From the human T2T-CHM13v2.0 reference genome, Homo sapiens: a stretch of 64,000 nt of DNA. Below the pieces are notes generated by a model, which had not been told where the DNA came from, made no database searches, and saw nothing but the letters and a program-made list of their open reading frames with translations. Position numbers and translations under genes: made by a program. Location: the NCBI RefSeq assembly GCF_009914755.1, contig NC_060938.1. The stretch is one strand, 5' to 3'. Within the stretch, counting starts at the first letter, position 1; each line of letters opens with the position of its first letter. Positions 31,100 through 44,879 of the stretch are shown here, piece after piece.

Positions 31100-31990
31100 G
31101 AGCAACGTCTATATCCACCATCTCAATTTCTACTCTATCTTCTTAACATCTCTTAACACTGATTCAGCTGAAACTGCTGTAGATCAGGTCACAAGAATTT
31201 TAGTCTTCCAAATTCAATGAAAATTTTTTTGACTTCATGTGGTTCTAACTCTTTGAAGCATTTAGCAATAATGACCATCCTTCTCCCACTGCCGTAGCCC
31301 ACTCCCAGCTCTTGACACAGTCTTTGCTTTGGGGTCACGAAACACCAATTGTCCCTGGGTTTTTGTTAACTTCATTAACTTCTTCTCTTTTGTTACTTGT
31401 TTATTTTTGTACCCCGCTACTAAATTTGGGAGAATTTCTGGACTTAATTCTCAGCCCTCTCATCCTTCTTCTCGACACTAATCTAGGTAATCTTACAAAT
31501 TCTCATGACTCTCCTTACCATGAGACATGTTCCAAAGTGTCTGCAGCCCTGATGCTACATCTGAGATTCACAGTCATTTATTTCAAGCTATTCGACATCT
31601 ACACTTGTCTTGTGGATATCTTAAAATTAACATGTCAGAATTGACATTATACACATACACACACCAAACACTTGAAACAATCATTAAAATAATTATCTGG
31701 CCCTCTCAAATTCTCCTATGTCACATTAAATGACATTTACTAGGTTATCAAATACAAAAAAATAAAGTGAAGTTATGTAAGATGCTGGTTTTTTCAAGCT
31801 CTTTTTCTATCTTCAAAATAAATCTCAAATCTCTCCAACTCCATTCATCACTGCAACCACTCTACAATAGCACCACCATAACAAGGCTAGGCTGACCTTC
31901 CTATTTTCACTTTTAGTATCTGAAATCGTATTGTTCAAATATATATTTCTGGAGATAGCCAGACCTAATAATAATCTGGCCCCCAGTGTT
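31100..31990 (+). mobile_element. L2 internal fragment
   Basis: ctgaaactgct...aggtcac...ccaaattcaatg...gcatttagcaataatgacca...aaattaacatgtc. Confidence 0.7.
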
Positions 31991-33284
31991 CTTATCTGTT
32001 TCCTCCAAAATACATGCTCATGAGACTACAAATTCTGTTTCTGAAAAAAAAGTAATTGTAACTAACACACTCAGTAGCCATCTAATAAAAAAATAAAATA
32101 AGAGCATTTACTGTGCATGTGTACACACATAACCTTCTTTAATCCAGATAAATAACCTCAATGTGCTACACATTTTAGTTTTTTTTTTTATATTGAAAGT
32201 AAATGAATAAGCTCAAGTTTGTCAATTACCTGCTTGAGCACACATAACTTCTGTCTCTTACATACACGATGTACTTATAAAACTCAAAAAGGATTCTAAC
32301 AAACTGCATGTCATAAGTATAGTAATCGTAGTTGAAATAAAACACACTTATACATATCTAGAAAATGATTGAAGACTGCTTCAGAAATAGTTTTAAAATT
32401 CAGACAATAGTGTAAAAACAATTAACACACACCCCCCAACTCAAAATTAAAATATACTCAGGCTGAATCCAAATCATAATTATATAGCCCTTAACTCTCT
32501 TTCTTTATCCTTATCATTTTTTGGTAAATGCTCATCCCTTGAACACATCTTTACAATGCTTTTTCTCTATTCCTTTTGTGCCTTGAATGTTTCTCCTCCT
32601 AAAATCTGTTTATCTCAATCTGCCCTAGCCTGAAATCCAGACCACCTACCCCAAAACATATAAAATTGGTGTGCGGGCCCCCAAGCTTGTATGTGTGTCT
32701 GAATGCATCTCAGTGTGTGTGAATTTGTGTTAATTAACTGCAGAGTCAAACTGCTATGTTTTTTCAGCCAGGCTACCTTCCCAGAGGGATTGTTTTTGTT
32801 ATACCAGTTGAAAAATACGTAAATGACAGAAAGGATCTATATATGACGAATAGAAGCTTTTCATTTATAATTATTCTTATGAATAGAGTTTTAAATGAAT
32901 TCTATATAACCTTTCTAAATGTCTAGAATATTGGTTATGGGGTACAATCATTTCTACTTAGACACAGTCATTGATTTTTCAAGTATTCTGTTATGCTAAT
33001 GTGGTATGCTCCTTGTTCTCTCAAGTTATTCTAAGAATCACTTGAAACAGTGATGAGCAAAATCAGGCTTCTATCAAGTACTCTGCATAGGAATTTAGAG
33101 AAAGACAGAGAAGGTAAAGGGTTCACGATTTTATGATAAAAGAAGCTATACTCTCCATCAAAATTTGAGAGAAATTTATTCCTGAAAGCAAATGATAATG
33201 AGATCTCGCGCTGAAAATCTGTAAGTTTAAAAGGCAATTAGCTTGTCTATCTTATTCACCTACGGGGGCAAAAACAATTCAGTT

Positions 33285-33334
33285 CTCACTGTTAAAATGG
33301 ATTGCAGTCCTCACTGTTAAAATGGATTGCAGTC
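33285..33334. repeat. Perfect 25-bp tandem duplication
   Basis: ctcactgttaaaatggattgcagtc x2. Confidence 0.97.
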
Positions 33335-34026
33335 ATATTGGATTTGAAAACCTGACTTTTTAAATATTTATGAATATCCGAACCCTGCATAAGAGTAGGA
33401 AAGAGGGCACATATAATTTAGAAAACTTTCATTCAGCTGAATGACTTCATGTAGATTTTTTATTTTATTGAAACGCAGATTGAAATATAAAGTTTACTAT
33501 CTCTGTTACAAAAAATCAAAATAAAAACATTTAAAATGAAAAAGTTATAGGGTACCATTTTTTTGGAAAATAGACTGTCAGAGTAATTTCTTAAGATTTG
33601 TTCTTTTATTAGAACATTCTAAATTAGAAATGCTTTTAGAGAAAAGAGTTTTAGATTATGCATTCTTAGAACCATCCTGACTGAAACACAGATGAGGGTG
33701 TTGACACACAGATCAAAGACAATGTTTTATTGTGAGAGTAAAAAGTCAACCACTAGGGAATATAATTTGTTTAATGTTAATGAAAGTATCTGTACTTAGA
33801 TAAGCAGGTTGGTTGACTATATGCTTGTATACCTTAAAAACAATTTCAGCCTGGGCATACTGGTATAAAACCTGGCTATTCATAGGCAAATAATACAAAT
33901 CAATTATATTTGTCCTACAATGCCCAATCTCATACTTTAAGTACATAAAATAATTATTATGTTTCGGGAATAATGTTTCGATAGTTTATTGAAAATCATG
34001 TTGATAATTTAAGTAGGTTTCTAGAC

Positions 34027-34220
34027 CAGAAGTTGGCAACCTTTTTCATTAAAGGGCCAGACAATAAATACTTTTGGCTTTGAAGGCCATAGAGGCTGTT
34101 GCAACTATTCATCTCTGTCACTGTAGTGAAAAACATTGACAATACACAAACAATGAGCACCTGAGTTCTAATAAAACTTTATTTACAAAAACAGGTACAG
34201 GTAGTGGGCTAATCCTACTC
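34027..34220 (+). mobile_element. MER58A
   Basis: gttggcaacc...taaagggccagacaataaatac...aataaaactttatttacaaaaacagg. Confidence 0.85.
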
Positions 34221-37200
34221 TAGGCTACCACTAGTTATTTTTAAATGCTTTCAGAATTGCAAAGGAAGAAAAGGTCTGTATTTAACATCCTACCTAAAGC
34301 ATCTCTTATTTTTTGGATATGGGAAGAAACGAAAAAACAATAAATTATAAAATACATGTGTTGAAAAGTGTTTAGCAGCCAACTGACTAATTACTACTAT
34401 CCATAGCTTGTGGACTTGACTCCAGCCTCCAGGATGATTACATCATTTCAGCTTAAAACCTTGAGTGATGAAGAACTCAGTACCTAAATAGGCCTGTCTC
34501 TGTTGTCTTCAATTTTTGGACAGTTCTAATTATTAAATACTTATCATTTATGTTGTGTTCAGAAGCAACTTGCAATAGTTGAACAGTGATTCAGTGTGAA
34601 CTTGCCTAACATATTGCACTTGTTTAGATATGCATAAGCTAATTTTAATTATTTAGCATCCTTAAAATTAATGGCCTGCCTTAATTTTTATCAAATAAAT
34701 GTTTTTAGGCATATTTTTGGAATTATGATTTTTTTTAACTATAAAATGCTTGCTGAGCTTTTATTGAGTGTCAGATGCTGTTCTGGGCATCAGGAATAAA
34801 AACACAAGTAGGTGGAAAGATTCTCTAGGAACTCACTGTCTAAGCTAAATTTTCCAACCTCCTGCTAAGTCTTCTAATTGCTCATGTTAGCTACATACAC
34901 GTAACTGTGATCCGCTAGGAAGAACCTTGTCTAGAGATTATTTCACAATGATGGCTTGCTCATTTCTTTATCACCATATTCTCATGTCATAGTCATTGTC
35001 ACTCAAAATACTCATTTATCTATTATGACTTTTATCTTTTAGAAAAATTGAATTTATTACCTGAGGTAAGTTTTTGTTGCCTGGTTCATGCTACTTGTGA
35101 TTCATTCTAAGCAAATTTAGCAGAATCAAATATGCTGTCAAATCCTCCCCCCTTTATCAGTAAACTCAAACAGAATTTACAAATATGTTTTGCCACGATT
35201 GACAGCGTGCAGCGTTGGATGTACATTAAAATTTTATGTTGCCTGGTCCAGATATTTTCATACCTACTTCTTAGGATTTTTATAGATGCTTCTTCAACAG
35301 AGCCAACTCTAATATGCCACTCTGATTTTATGGCTTTCACTAATATTATCATTTTTTTTCTGATGTCAAATTTGGAACTGATAATATCTGATGAATTACC
35401 TGTGATTTCCAGTTATCAAACTGTGCTAAGGGACCATAGCTAAAGCATGACTCAAGAATTACTCAGTTTGGAGTCTGTGAGGTTATGCTTTCTCTACTGT
35501 TTCCTAAGTACGAAAAGAAACACACCCGGGCTGTGTTATCTTCTGTTATCAGAAATGAGAAGAAAAATAATGGGGGTGTGTGTGGATGTATTAATATTTG
35601 TTAAAGATAAGCTGCTACGTCAGGAATTTTGCCTCTTCCTTTTGAGGCCCAGCCAATATTCACTCAATACTATAAACATACTCACTTCCAGAAATTTAGA
35701 AGATGGGACAGAATTTATAAACCTGACTTGACTTTTCACTATCAGAGAAAACAAAAAAAACAACATTACTTAATTTGATGTTAACACTAGAAGCATCATG
35801 GCTTTCTGTGTTTGCAGAAGTTACTGTAAATGTGCACACTCATTTCTGAGACAGGATAATGAAGTCCTTAAAAAAAAAAGAAGGCTATATTTATTTCTAC
35901 ATGTATTTATTTGGTTTCCCTACTCTTGTAACTTGTAGTCCCTCGTTTTAGGAAAGGCTTTTTTTCTATAATCAGTGAAAAGATAACATATTTAAGGAAA
36001 AATGATGCCTATTATTTTATTTTTTACATACTGAGAGCTTTCGGGGTGAAAATTAATAAAGGAAAATGAATATATTCTCAAATGAAATTTGTATTTGAAA
36101 GGAAAATCTTGTACTTTCTTCTCATTTTTTTGTACACTTCTTTATATGTTTGTTACTTATTTTTTTAACTAAAAAACCAAGTGTGCTGTATGAAGGCAGA
36201 AATTCCATTTGTTAGCAATAAAAGTGGAAACTTTCTCTATTCTAGTCTAAAACACCCTCAAAGAGCCATAGCATTCACCATCTCTGGCTTTGATGCCTAC
36301 AAACCAGAAGAAAAAACGCTGTGTGTGTGCACATTTGTGTGTGTCCCAAATTCAGACAGAAGATGAGATTTTGCTCAGTATGCACTGCAAGAGCCATTCT
36401 TGAGTAGAAGGAACACACTTTCAGCCCATTTCCAACACTTAGAGACTTCCTTTTTTCCTCTCTGAAAGGAATCTCTAGCCGTGCCTCATTATAGTGTGCA
36501 GTGGTAAAGAAAAGAGGAAGTGAGTGACAGGGAGGGCTGCAGGGAGAAGGAACTATAGAATCAAAAGAAAAGGTAGTGCGCTGTAAGATGAAAAAAATAA
36601 CGCCACTTCCACTTTGAGACCAAACCTTTTTAAAGCTTGTAGTAATTTTCAACCTTTATTGCCACTATGCACACCTGCAAGAATATGGCTTTTGTATATA
36701 AGAAAAGACCATGTACATCACAATGCACACTCACCCACTTACTATGAGCTTATACATCCAGTCAGCTAACATTTAGATTTATCGGTGTTCACACAGCTCA
36801 GCTGAAGGATTTGTTTATTTTCAGACTTTCCTCATTTCTATAAACCAGTTTGTACTGGTTTGTACTAGAAAATGTAATGTCATAAATGTGTTGACACTTT
36901 TGTTCCCAAGGTTATTTTTTGTGTGTCTTAAACTTTTCTTTACCTGTTGTTAATTAAAATAGCTATTGATTTTTTTAATACAAAGCTATAATATGATATG
37001 GAAAAAAGTAATATTTTGCTGATTCCCATTGAAAAATTTCAAAGCTAAATGTGTGACTATGAAATAAAAGAAAATAAGCATCTCCATTTAAATACTTAGA
37101 AAATCAGGATTACACAAAATTCATGTTTAAGACAAAATTATAAAATTTATTTTCCTACTTAAATAAATAGAATCAGAATTGTGATCTATACTTTTATTAC

Positions 37201-38357
37201 AGAAGTTGCCTAATTCTTGAGTATAAACTATGTAATCCTTAAAGTAACAGTTTAATCAAAATGCCTAAAAATTAAAAAACAAATTATTATTTTCTTGTAC
37301 TTTTTGATATCACAAATAAACTGATGTTTTGGAATGCTTTGAACTGATGAAAACTAATCTACATTTTGAGATCTGTGTCTGCCACTAGGATAGATTGTTT
37401 GTTTCCATTTGATCTGACTCATAGACAGCTAAAGTTGGAAGAAATTTCTGAGGACTTGTAACTCAAAATACCCTTCACTGTATTATGCATGAGGCAGAAG
37501 ACACTCTATTCCACCTGTTAAATCTGACTAAATGGAATTTAGAAAAAAACCGAATTAAATAAAAATTCCCAGCAATAGAGTGAAGCAGAATTCATGAACT
37601 GCATTAGCTTATTAAAAGGAAGGGCATCTAAGCAGAAAATAGTTCTCTTAGAGGCCTAAAATGTGGAACACCCAGACCTCTTGGAGACCATTTAGATGAC
37701 AGTAGAAAATGATACAGGTAGTAGGCAAGGTCCTTAAAGTTGGACATGGCAGATTTGTTAATACTGTTCCTGACAGCATCATCCTTACATAAAGAAGGAT
37801 GAATATTAACAATTATAACTGAGTCCAGAGGCCACTATATTCCTGTGGGCTGTCTCTAGTCTCAATTGGCACCCAACTTGATGCAAAATGAACACGTAGT
37901 CATGTATCCCAGAAAAAAAAATTGCCTCTAAAAGCAAGTATTAGTAATATAGATTTTACTGAAAATTTCCTGAAGGGGAGAGGAATAAGATTTACCTTAT
38001 AAACAAACAATGCAATTTAATTATTACCATCTCTATTTTCCTCTAAATGTGTCTCCAAATATTAAAAGTTTCATCTATTTTTCCCCTTCCCTTATGTGTC
38101 TTTTCAAATCCCACCTATTATGTCTCGTAAGTTAGCCAGTGCCTTCTGTTTTTAAATACTGTACAGTAATACACCACCCCGGTGATTGGCATTTGACTCC
38201 ATCCTGTTTTAGAAAGAAACTTGGTTGCCCAAGCTTGCTACTGTGGGTCTAGTTATTTAACACCTCTTATGTAGTTTAATGCTTATAACAACAATGCTAT
38301 AATAGTGACATTTATACATCAATTAAATGTATTTAAATTAAATAAAAAAATAAAACA

Positions 38358-38677
<320 letters not shown>

Positions 38678-38984
38678 TTAAAAAGTGTTATAAAACCAAA
38701 CAATGTAGCTTCCTTTGCTTTGTAGGCCTTTAATAAATAGCGACAGTGATGTAGAAGTTTTGTTGAATGTTAAGACAGTATAGAAAAAAAGTCTAAAATA
38801 CAACTTACTCATTAGGAATCAAGCTCCAGTGTTTCCTACTGAGGTACCACTGTGATCAAAATGTTCAAAAGTCCAGGCAGATGTTAACAAATGATTGTTG
38901 GTTGGAGGATGATTGAATCGTTTACTATTTTCTCAGCCTTTCATTTTGATGGATCTTTGCTCATTCGCTTTTGTTCATTTTTTA

Positions 38985-39566
38985 TTTAACAATTAACAAC
39001 ATGCATCAAGTATCTCATGTTTGCTACAGGTTCTCCGAACACCAAGATGAACACTACATTGCTGTGCTTTGGGGTTTGTAAAGCAAGCTGACAAGAGTTA
39101 GTAATACATACCAAGAAGTTGCAATGTACAGCATTTTATGCAGTGTGAAGGAGATGGAATGAGAGAATATGCTTTATTCTGCTTGAAGAAATCAGTTATT
39201 AGAGTCAAAATGGCATGTTACCTGAACCTGGTAGGCTGAAATAGCTCTGACAATTGGGCAGGACATGAAGGTAACACTGGAGAAAGAGGATGAAGGGAAA
39301 GGTTTGTGAAAGAACATAGTGATTACATGAAAAGCAAATAAATTGGTGTTGCAGAGCAAAAATGTCATAAGCACACACTCAAGAATTAGTCACTTTCAAG
39401 CTGCACTTAAGATCTGAATAGCTAAGGACAAGCTACTTAGCATATCTAATTCTCAACAAACTCATTTCAAAATTGAGGATAATCATAACAACTTTCTCAA
39501 TATGGAATGGTTTAATTTAAGCATTTGGCACATTTCTTGTCATGCTAAGTGTTTAACAAATATTAG
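38985..39566. mobile_element. Degenerate L2 (minus) followed by MIR (plus)
   Basis: atttaacaattaacaac...caagtatc start; ctcatttcaaaattgaggataat and tttaacaaatattagc MIR motifs. Confidence 0.5.
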
Positions 39567-40111
39567 CACATCTTCTTCCCTTTTTTTGCTTTTTAATTTG
39601 TCTTCTCTTTCTTCTTCTGAAAGTGTTACTAGAGTTGAAGCTTGAAGTACCGGAAGAGTTGAAGGTGAAGCACAATATTATCTGTGCCAAGGAGATTCAC
39701 CAAGAGTGTAGGTAATTGTTCTAGAGCTTTAATTCTTTGAACTTTGCACAAAAGTAATTTTTTTCTATGTTGCTAGAAAATTTTAAGGATGGATTTTCTA
39801 TTTATAAATGGGGAAAAACAACTAGCCAAGGGGAAAGATCAAGCTCACAGTTTTCCTAATATTACTGAAAAATCAAGTCACAGATTAATTGTATAAGAAT
39901 CAATAATAACACAAAGATCACTTAACATTTCAGATGCTTTTATGGGGGCAAGAGTTATTGAGCAATGTTTTACTTTGAATGATTATTCTAACAGTTAATA
40001 TCAATTAAACTTAATATGAATATAAGGAAGGAAAGAAATTAAATGCTATAATGATATTTCCAAGTTAATGTATAATTTATTTGTACTGTTACCTTTTATA
40101 GACCATATTTT

Positions 40112-40311
40112 TAATTTTATTTTTAAATTTTTATCTATTTATTTATTTATTTTTAGACCAGGTTATGAGACTGGCTAATTTTTGTATTTTTGGTAGAGAC
40201 AGGGTTTTGCCCTGTTGCTCAGGCTGATCTCTAACTCCTGGGCACAAGCGATCTACTGGCCTCAACCTACCAAAGTCCTGGGCTTATAGGCGTGAGCCAT
40301 CACACCCTGCC
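40112..40311 (-). mobile_element. Alu left-monomer element with a non-Alu 3' tail
   Basis: Left arm + linker + gccagtctcataacctggtct + A-rich tail; 15-bp TSD tatagaccatatttt/tattggccatatttt. Confidence 0.85.
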
Positions 40312-40390
40312 TATTGGCCATATTTTAACATCAAAACAGAGAGTACTAAAGAATGTGTATTTTCAACATCTTACTCTGAAGTTTTCTTTT

Positions 40391-40661
40391 TTTCTTTTTC
40401 TTTTTTTCTTTTTTTTGATGGAACCTTGCTCTGTTGCCCAGGCTAAAGTGCAGTGGCACAATCTTGGCTTACTGCAACCTCTGCCTCCTGGGTTCAAGTA
40501 ATTCTCCTACCTCAGCCTCCTGAGTAGTTGAGATTATAGGCATGTGCCACCACACCTGGCTAATTTTCGTATTTTTTGTAAAGATGAGATTTCACCATAT
40601 TGCCTAGGCTGATCTTGAACTCCTGACCTCAAGTGATCTGCCTGCCTCAGCGTCCCAAAGT
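40391..40661 (-). mobile_element. AluS, 5'-truncated by ~35 nt
   Basis: 14-bp TSD tgaagttttctttt at 40377 and 40662 directly flanks the truncation. Confidence 0.93.
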
Positions 40662-40782
40662 TGAAGTTTTCTTTTAATTGAATAAAGTAAACAAACAAAT
40701 AAACTTGGCTTGAAAATGCTTTTTTTTTAATGTTCCTGTACTTGAGTTTTTTGTTTCTAATTTATCAAGATTGATTGTTTAG

Positions 40783-41153
40783 TAATATGGTTTGGCTGTG
40801 TCCCCACCCAAATTTCATCTTGAATTGTAACTCCCGAAATTCCCACATGTCATAGGAAGAACCCCATGGGAGGTGATTGAATTATGAGGGTGGGTCTTTT
40901 CTGTGCTGTTCTCATGATAATGAATGAGTCTTACAAGATCTGATGGTTTTAAAAAGAGGAGATCCCCTTTACAAGCTCTCTCTCTTTGCCTGCTGCCATC
41001 CAAGTAAGATGTGACTTGCTTCTCCTTGCCTTCCACCATGATTGTGAGGCCTCCCCAGCCATATGGAACTGTAAGTCCATTAAACCTCTTTCTTTTGTAA
41101 ATTACCCAGTCTCGGGCATGTCTTTATCAGCAGTGTGAAAACAGACTAATACA
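40783..41153 (+). mobile_element. THE1B solo LTR
   Basis: atatggtttggctgtgtccccacccaaat...acagactaataca; TSD TTTAG/GTTAG. Confidence 0.95.
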
Positions 41154-41677
41154 GTTAGCATTAATGATCTGGTAATAGTTTTCTTAGAATTATAAGAATA
41201 ATGAACAATTATTATTCCATACATAATTGATAATATGATTAGAAAGAAAAATAATTGTTCCAATTTAGTTCCTACTGGGCAGACATTTTTATACAACAAC
41301 ATCTTTTGATTATAGTCAGCTAAAAGGACATTGGGTGCTAGGTTACTTCCGTTCAGGAGTTCAGAGATTGAAGTGAAATAGTCACATTGACTCTTAGGCT
41401 CTCCATTTAGTGAATGAAGAAGGTGTCTTTTATCTCTTTACTAGTTTACAACTTTTGGACTCTTCTTGATATATCACATGAAGAAAAACATAAGAAGTAA
41501 ATTAATGACAACCATTATAGCTTTATGATACATGTGCAATTTCCCCCTTCCCTTTTTTTTTGGACTTATGAGAATTATATTCCCATCAGTAGATCTTTTG
41601 GTTAGTTATATATAGAGTTAGAATACACCTTTAATTCTACCAATTCATTTGGTAAAATAATCTTTCCACATAACTTC

Positions 41678-42168
41678 TGTGAACTCCGAAAATCTGAGAC
41701 AGGTCTCAGTTAATTTAGAAAGTTTATTTTGCCAAGGTTGAGGACGTGCACCTGTGACACAACCTCAAGAGGTCCTGACGACATGTGCCCAAGGTGGTCA
41801 GAGCACAGTTTGGTTTTATACATTTTAGGGAGATATGAGACATCAATCAACATATGTAAAATGAATGTTGGTTCAGTCCAGAATGGTGGGACAACTCGAG
41901 GCGAAGGTGGGACAACTCGAGGCGAAGGTGGAACAACTCAAAGTGAGCAGGGGGCTTCCAGGTCATAGGTAGATAAGAGACAAATGGTTGCATTTTTTTC
42001 AATTTCTGATTAGCCTCTCCAAATGAGACAATAAGCTACACATTTATCTCAGTGAGCAGAGGGGTGACTGAATAGAATGGGAGGCAGGTTTGCCCTGAGC
42101 AGTTCCCAGCTTGACTTTTCCCTTTAGCTTAGTGATTTTGGGGCCCTAAGATTTATTTTCCTTTCACA
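41678..42168 (-). mobile_element. MER4A1-like ERV1 solo LTR with an internal 21-bp tandem repeat
   Basis: tgtgaactccgaaaatctgagacaggtctcag...ttttcctttcaca; ggtgggacaactcgaggcgaa x~2.6 at 41886-41943. Confidence 0.88.
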
Positions 42169-43099
42169 CTTTCTCCATTAATTCTTCTCATAAATCCAAT
42201 AACCCTTACTCACAAACTTAATTAAAGACTTCAAAGTGTTTATTTTCATTATTCTCAACAGGTTGTTTTTAGTGATTCATAAGAAGCAAGCATGAACTAC
42301 TTCCCTGATATAAATATACACTTATTTAATAGAATTTTTTTTAAATTGTGGAGACAAAACTGATGTCAAGGTGTTACTTAGCAATTCTTCTGCTATGTAT
42401 GTCTGAAAATATTTTACCTAAATATTACCTAATTTCCTAAATGTCTTCATAGTAAATAACTTCATTTTTATACTCTCATTAAAGATTAAGAACTTATAAC
42501 AAAATTATGTGTGATATTTATGCAAATCATCTCAATTTTATGCATATAATCATGTTTTCATATGCATATAATTTTTATCTCAAAGTAGAATAGTGTTTGG
42601 AGTAAATATTATGTTTAGATCCATTATATATGAAAGTAGGCCTAACAGTTGGATAAAAGAGTTTCACTTTAAAGTATCTTTCTCTGGTTTTAGTATTTGC
42701 ATTGTTCTTATAAACCAGAAAAGTGGCAATATTATTTTTCACATTAAGTATACTAACAGAGGCATGAAAAAAATAACTGTTCCTGGTAAGATATAATAAT
42801 TGGCATAAATGGTAAAATCTAGACAACACAACAAACTACTAAACACAACGTTCTACTTAAAAGTATAAGACCTGAATACCAGATTGTGAATTATGATTAT
42901 GGAGGATAATAGAAAATTGATATCAGGGCTAGATGGATCTAGTAACTGGTGTCCCCGTTTTCCCTAATAAGGAGTGGAATAGTACAATATGCACTGAGGG
43001 CTATCTCTACCCAGATTGCAAAGAGATGTAACATAGCATGTGACATTTTGAGAGAGTTATTTGATAGAAAACTCTGTGAAGGGAGAGATAAGATCAGAA

Positions 43100-43165
43100 T
43101 GTATGTGTGTATGTTTGTGTGTGTGTGTGTGTGTGAGAGAGAGAGTGAGAGAGAGAGAGAGAGAG
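43100..43165. repeat. (TG)n(GA)n compound microsatellite
   Basis: Direct inspection. Confidence 0.95.
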
Positions 43166-43829
43166 TGCTTATGCAATGGGAGAAGTAGTGGTTGGGACAG
43201 AAGTGCTCCAGATGGTAAGTAAGCGGAGAGTAAACTCAAGAGATTATTCTGAGTTGTGTGATTTAGCATTATCCTATTGTCCTTGAGGCATCTTTGGCTT
43301 AAAGCCTTTCACAAACTTTTCAAGTTTTAAGAAGCCAAACTACCAATCCCTAATTCTTGTACTGTTCGCAGAGCAGAGGGACTCTTGGATACCAAAGGAA
43401 GTGTGGTTGGTAGTCACCAATACATCTGCATAAGAACCAGAGATTATAATTGATACTAGGAGATGGCAAATGCAGTTTAGAAAATTAGAATAAAAGGCAC
43501 GCTTCTTTAGATACCAGCTTTGTTGGAAAATGTCAGTGAAGAAAAAGAATTGGTTGCTCTTGATTTTCCTCCAGGTCTAACATGAAAAGATCAGGCTTCT
43601 GGCACTTTGAAAGAACGGAGAACTCATCAAAAATACCATGACACACAGGGTGACTAAAATAAAAAGTTAGGTTTTTCAGCAAAACAGAACTAAAGGAATT
43701 ATCAGGAGCTGGAATAAAAGTGCACCAAGAAACAGTAGGAGGAGAAATTTAATTTAAATTTGCAGAGATGCTCTTCCATTCATTGTAATTCAGAGATGAG
43801 GTTTTTGGCCTTAGGATCCAAACCAATTA

Positions 43830-44512
43830 GTAAATTAAGTATTAATAGTAAGAGTGGAGTCTTTGACTCCTTGTGCTTTAGGTATAGGCTGTATTTAATG
43901 AATTCCTTCCATACAGTAGAGTATAGAAAGACAAGAGATACTTTCTTTACAGTAGAGAAATCTGAAAAGTACTACCTCTTCCAGAGGATCAAGGTAAACA
44001 AAAACAGTCATACATCATGTAAATAGCACATACTCTTGCTAGAATGTGACAAAGGGCACACTACCTGTCTTGTCTTCCTCTAAATATCTTATAACCCAGG
44101 ACTAGAATGAGAAAAAAATCAAACCAATTGCAATAGAAGGACATCATACAAAGTATCTGACCAGTACTGCTTAGAACTTATAAGGCCATCAAAAAACAAG
44201 GTAAGCCTAAGGAACTGCTATAGTCAAGAGGATCATAAGAGACATGGCAACTAAATGTAATGTGGCATCCAGAAGCAGAAAAATCTATACACTGGGTAAA
44301 AGCAAAAAAGTCTGAATGCAAGTATAGACTTTAGTTAATAATAAAGTATCAATCAATATTGGTTGGTTTGATCATAACAAATGTACCATACTAATACAAG
44401 ATGTGAATAATAGGGGAAACTAAGCTCAGGGATATGGAAATTCTCTTTACTATATTCAAAACTTTTCTGTATATCTAAAACTGTTTCTAAAGAATAATTT
44501 TGTCTTAAAAAG
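43830..44512 (+). mobile_element. L1MC/MD 3' end
   Basis: tttacagtagagaaatctg...gacatggcaactaaatgtaatgtgg...acaaatgtaccatactaatacaagatg...cttttctgtatatctaaaactg. Confidence 0.8.
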
Positions 44513-44879
44513 TCAATAGAAAGCCTGAATAACTAAAAAAAATGGCCACAAACAAAGTTACTGATCAGAAATGACACTTAAATTATTGTCACAAAACATG
44601 GTCCAGAATGACAAACACATGAACATTACTATTTAAAAATAATAGACAAAGGAGATACCAGATCTGTTTGTAATAGTGCCTGAAAGAATTTTAGTCAGAA
44701 TGAACTGTAGAAAGGACAAAACAAATGATAGAGATCCATGATACTGAATATAATAATACTCAATACAATACTATAATACAAAATCACTTCTAATTTTACA
44801 CATATGGGTGAAACTCATAATTTCCAGGAATAGGTATTACTTTATCTGCTTACAAACAAAAAAAAAATCTTAAAGAAAT

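Noticed and set aside
36843-36862. 8-bp stem hairpin aaaccagt/actggttt
   Set aside because: Short enough to be expected by chance in 64 kb.
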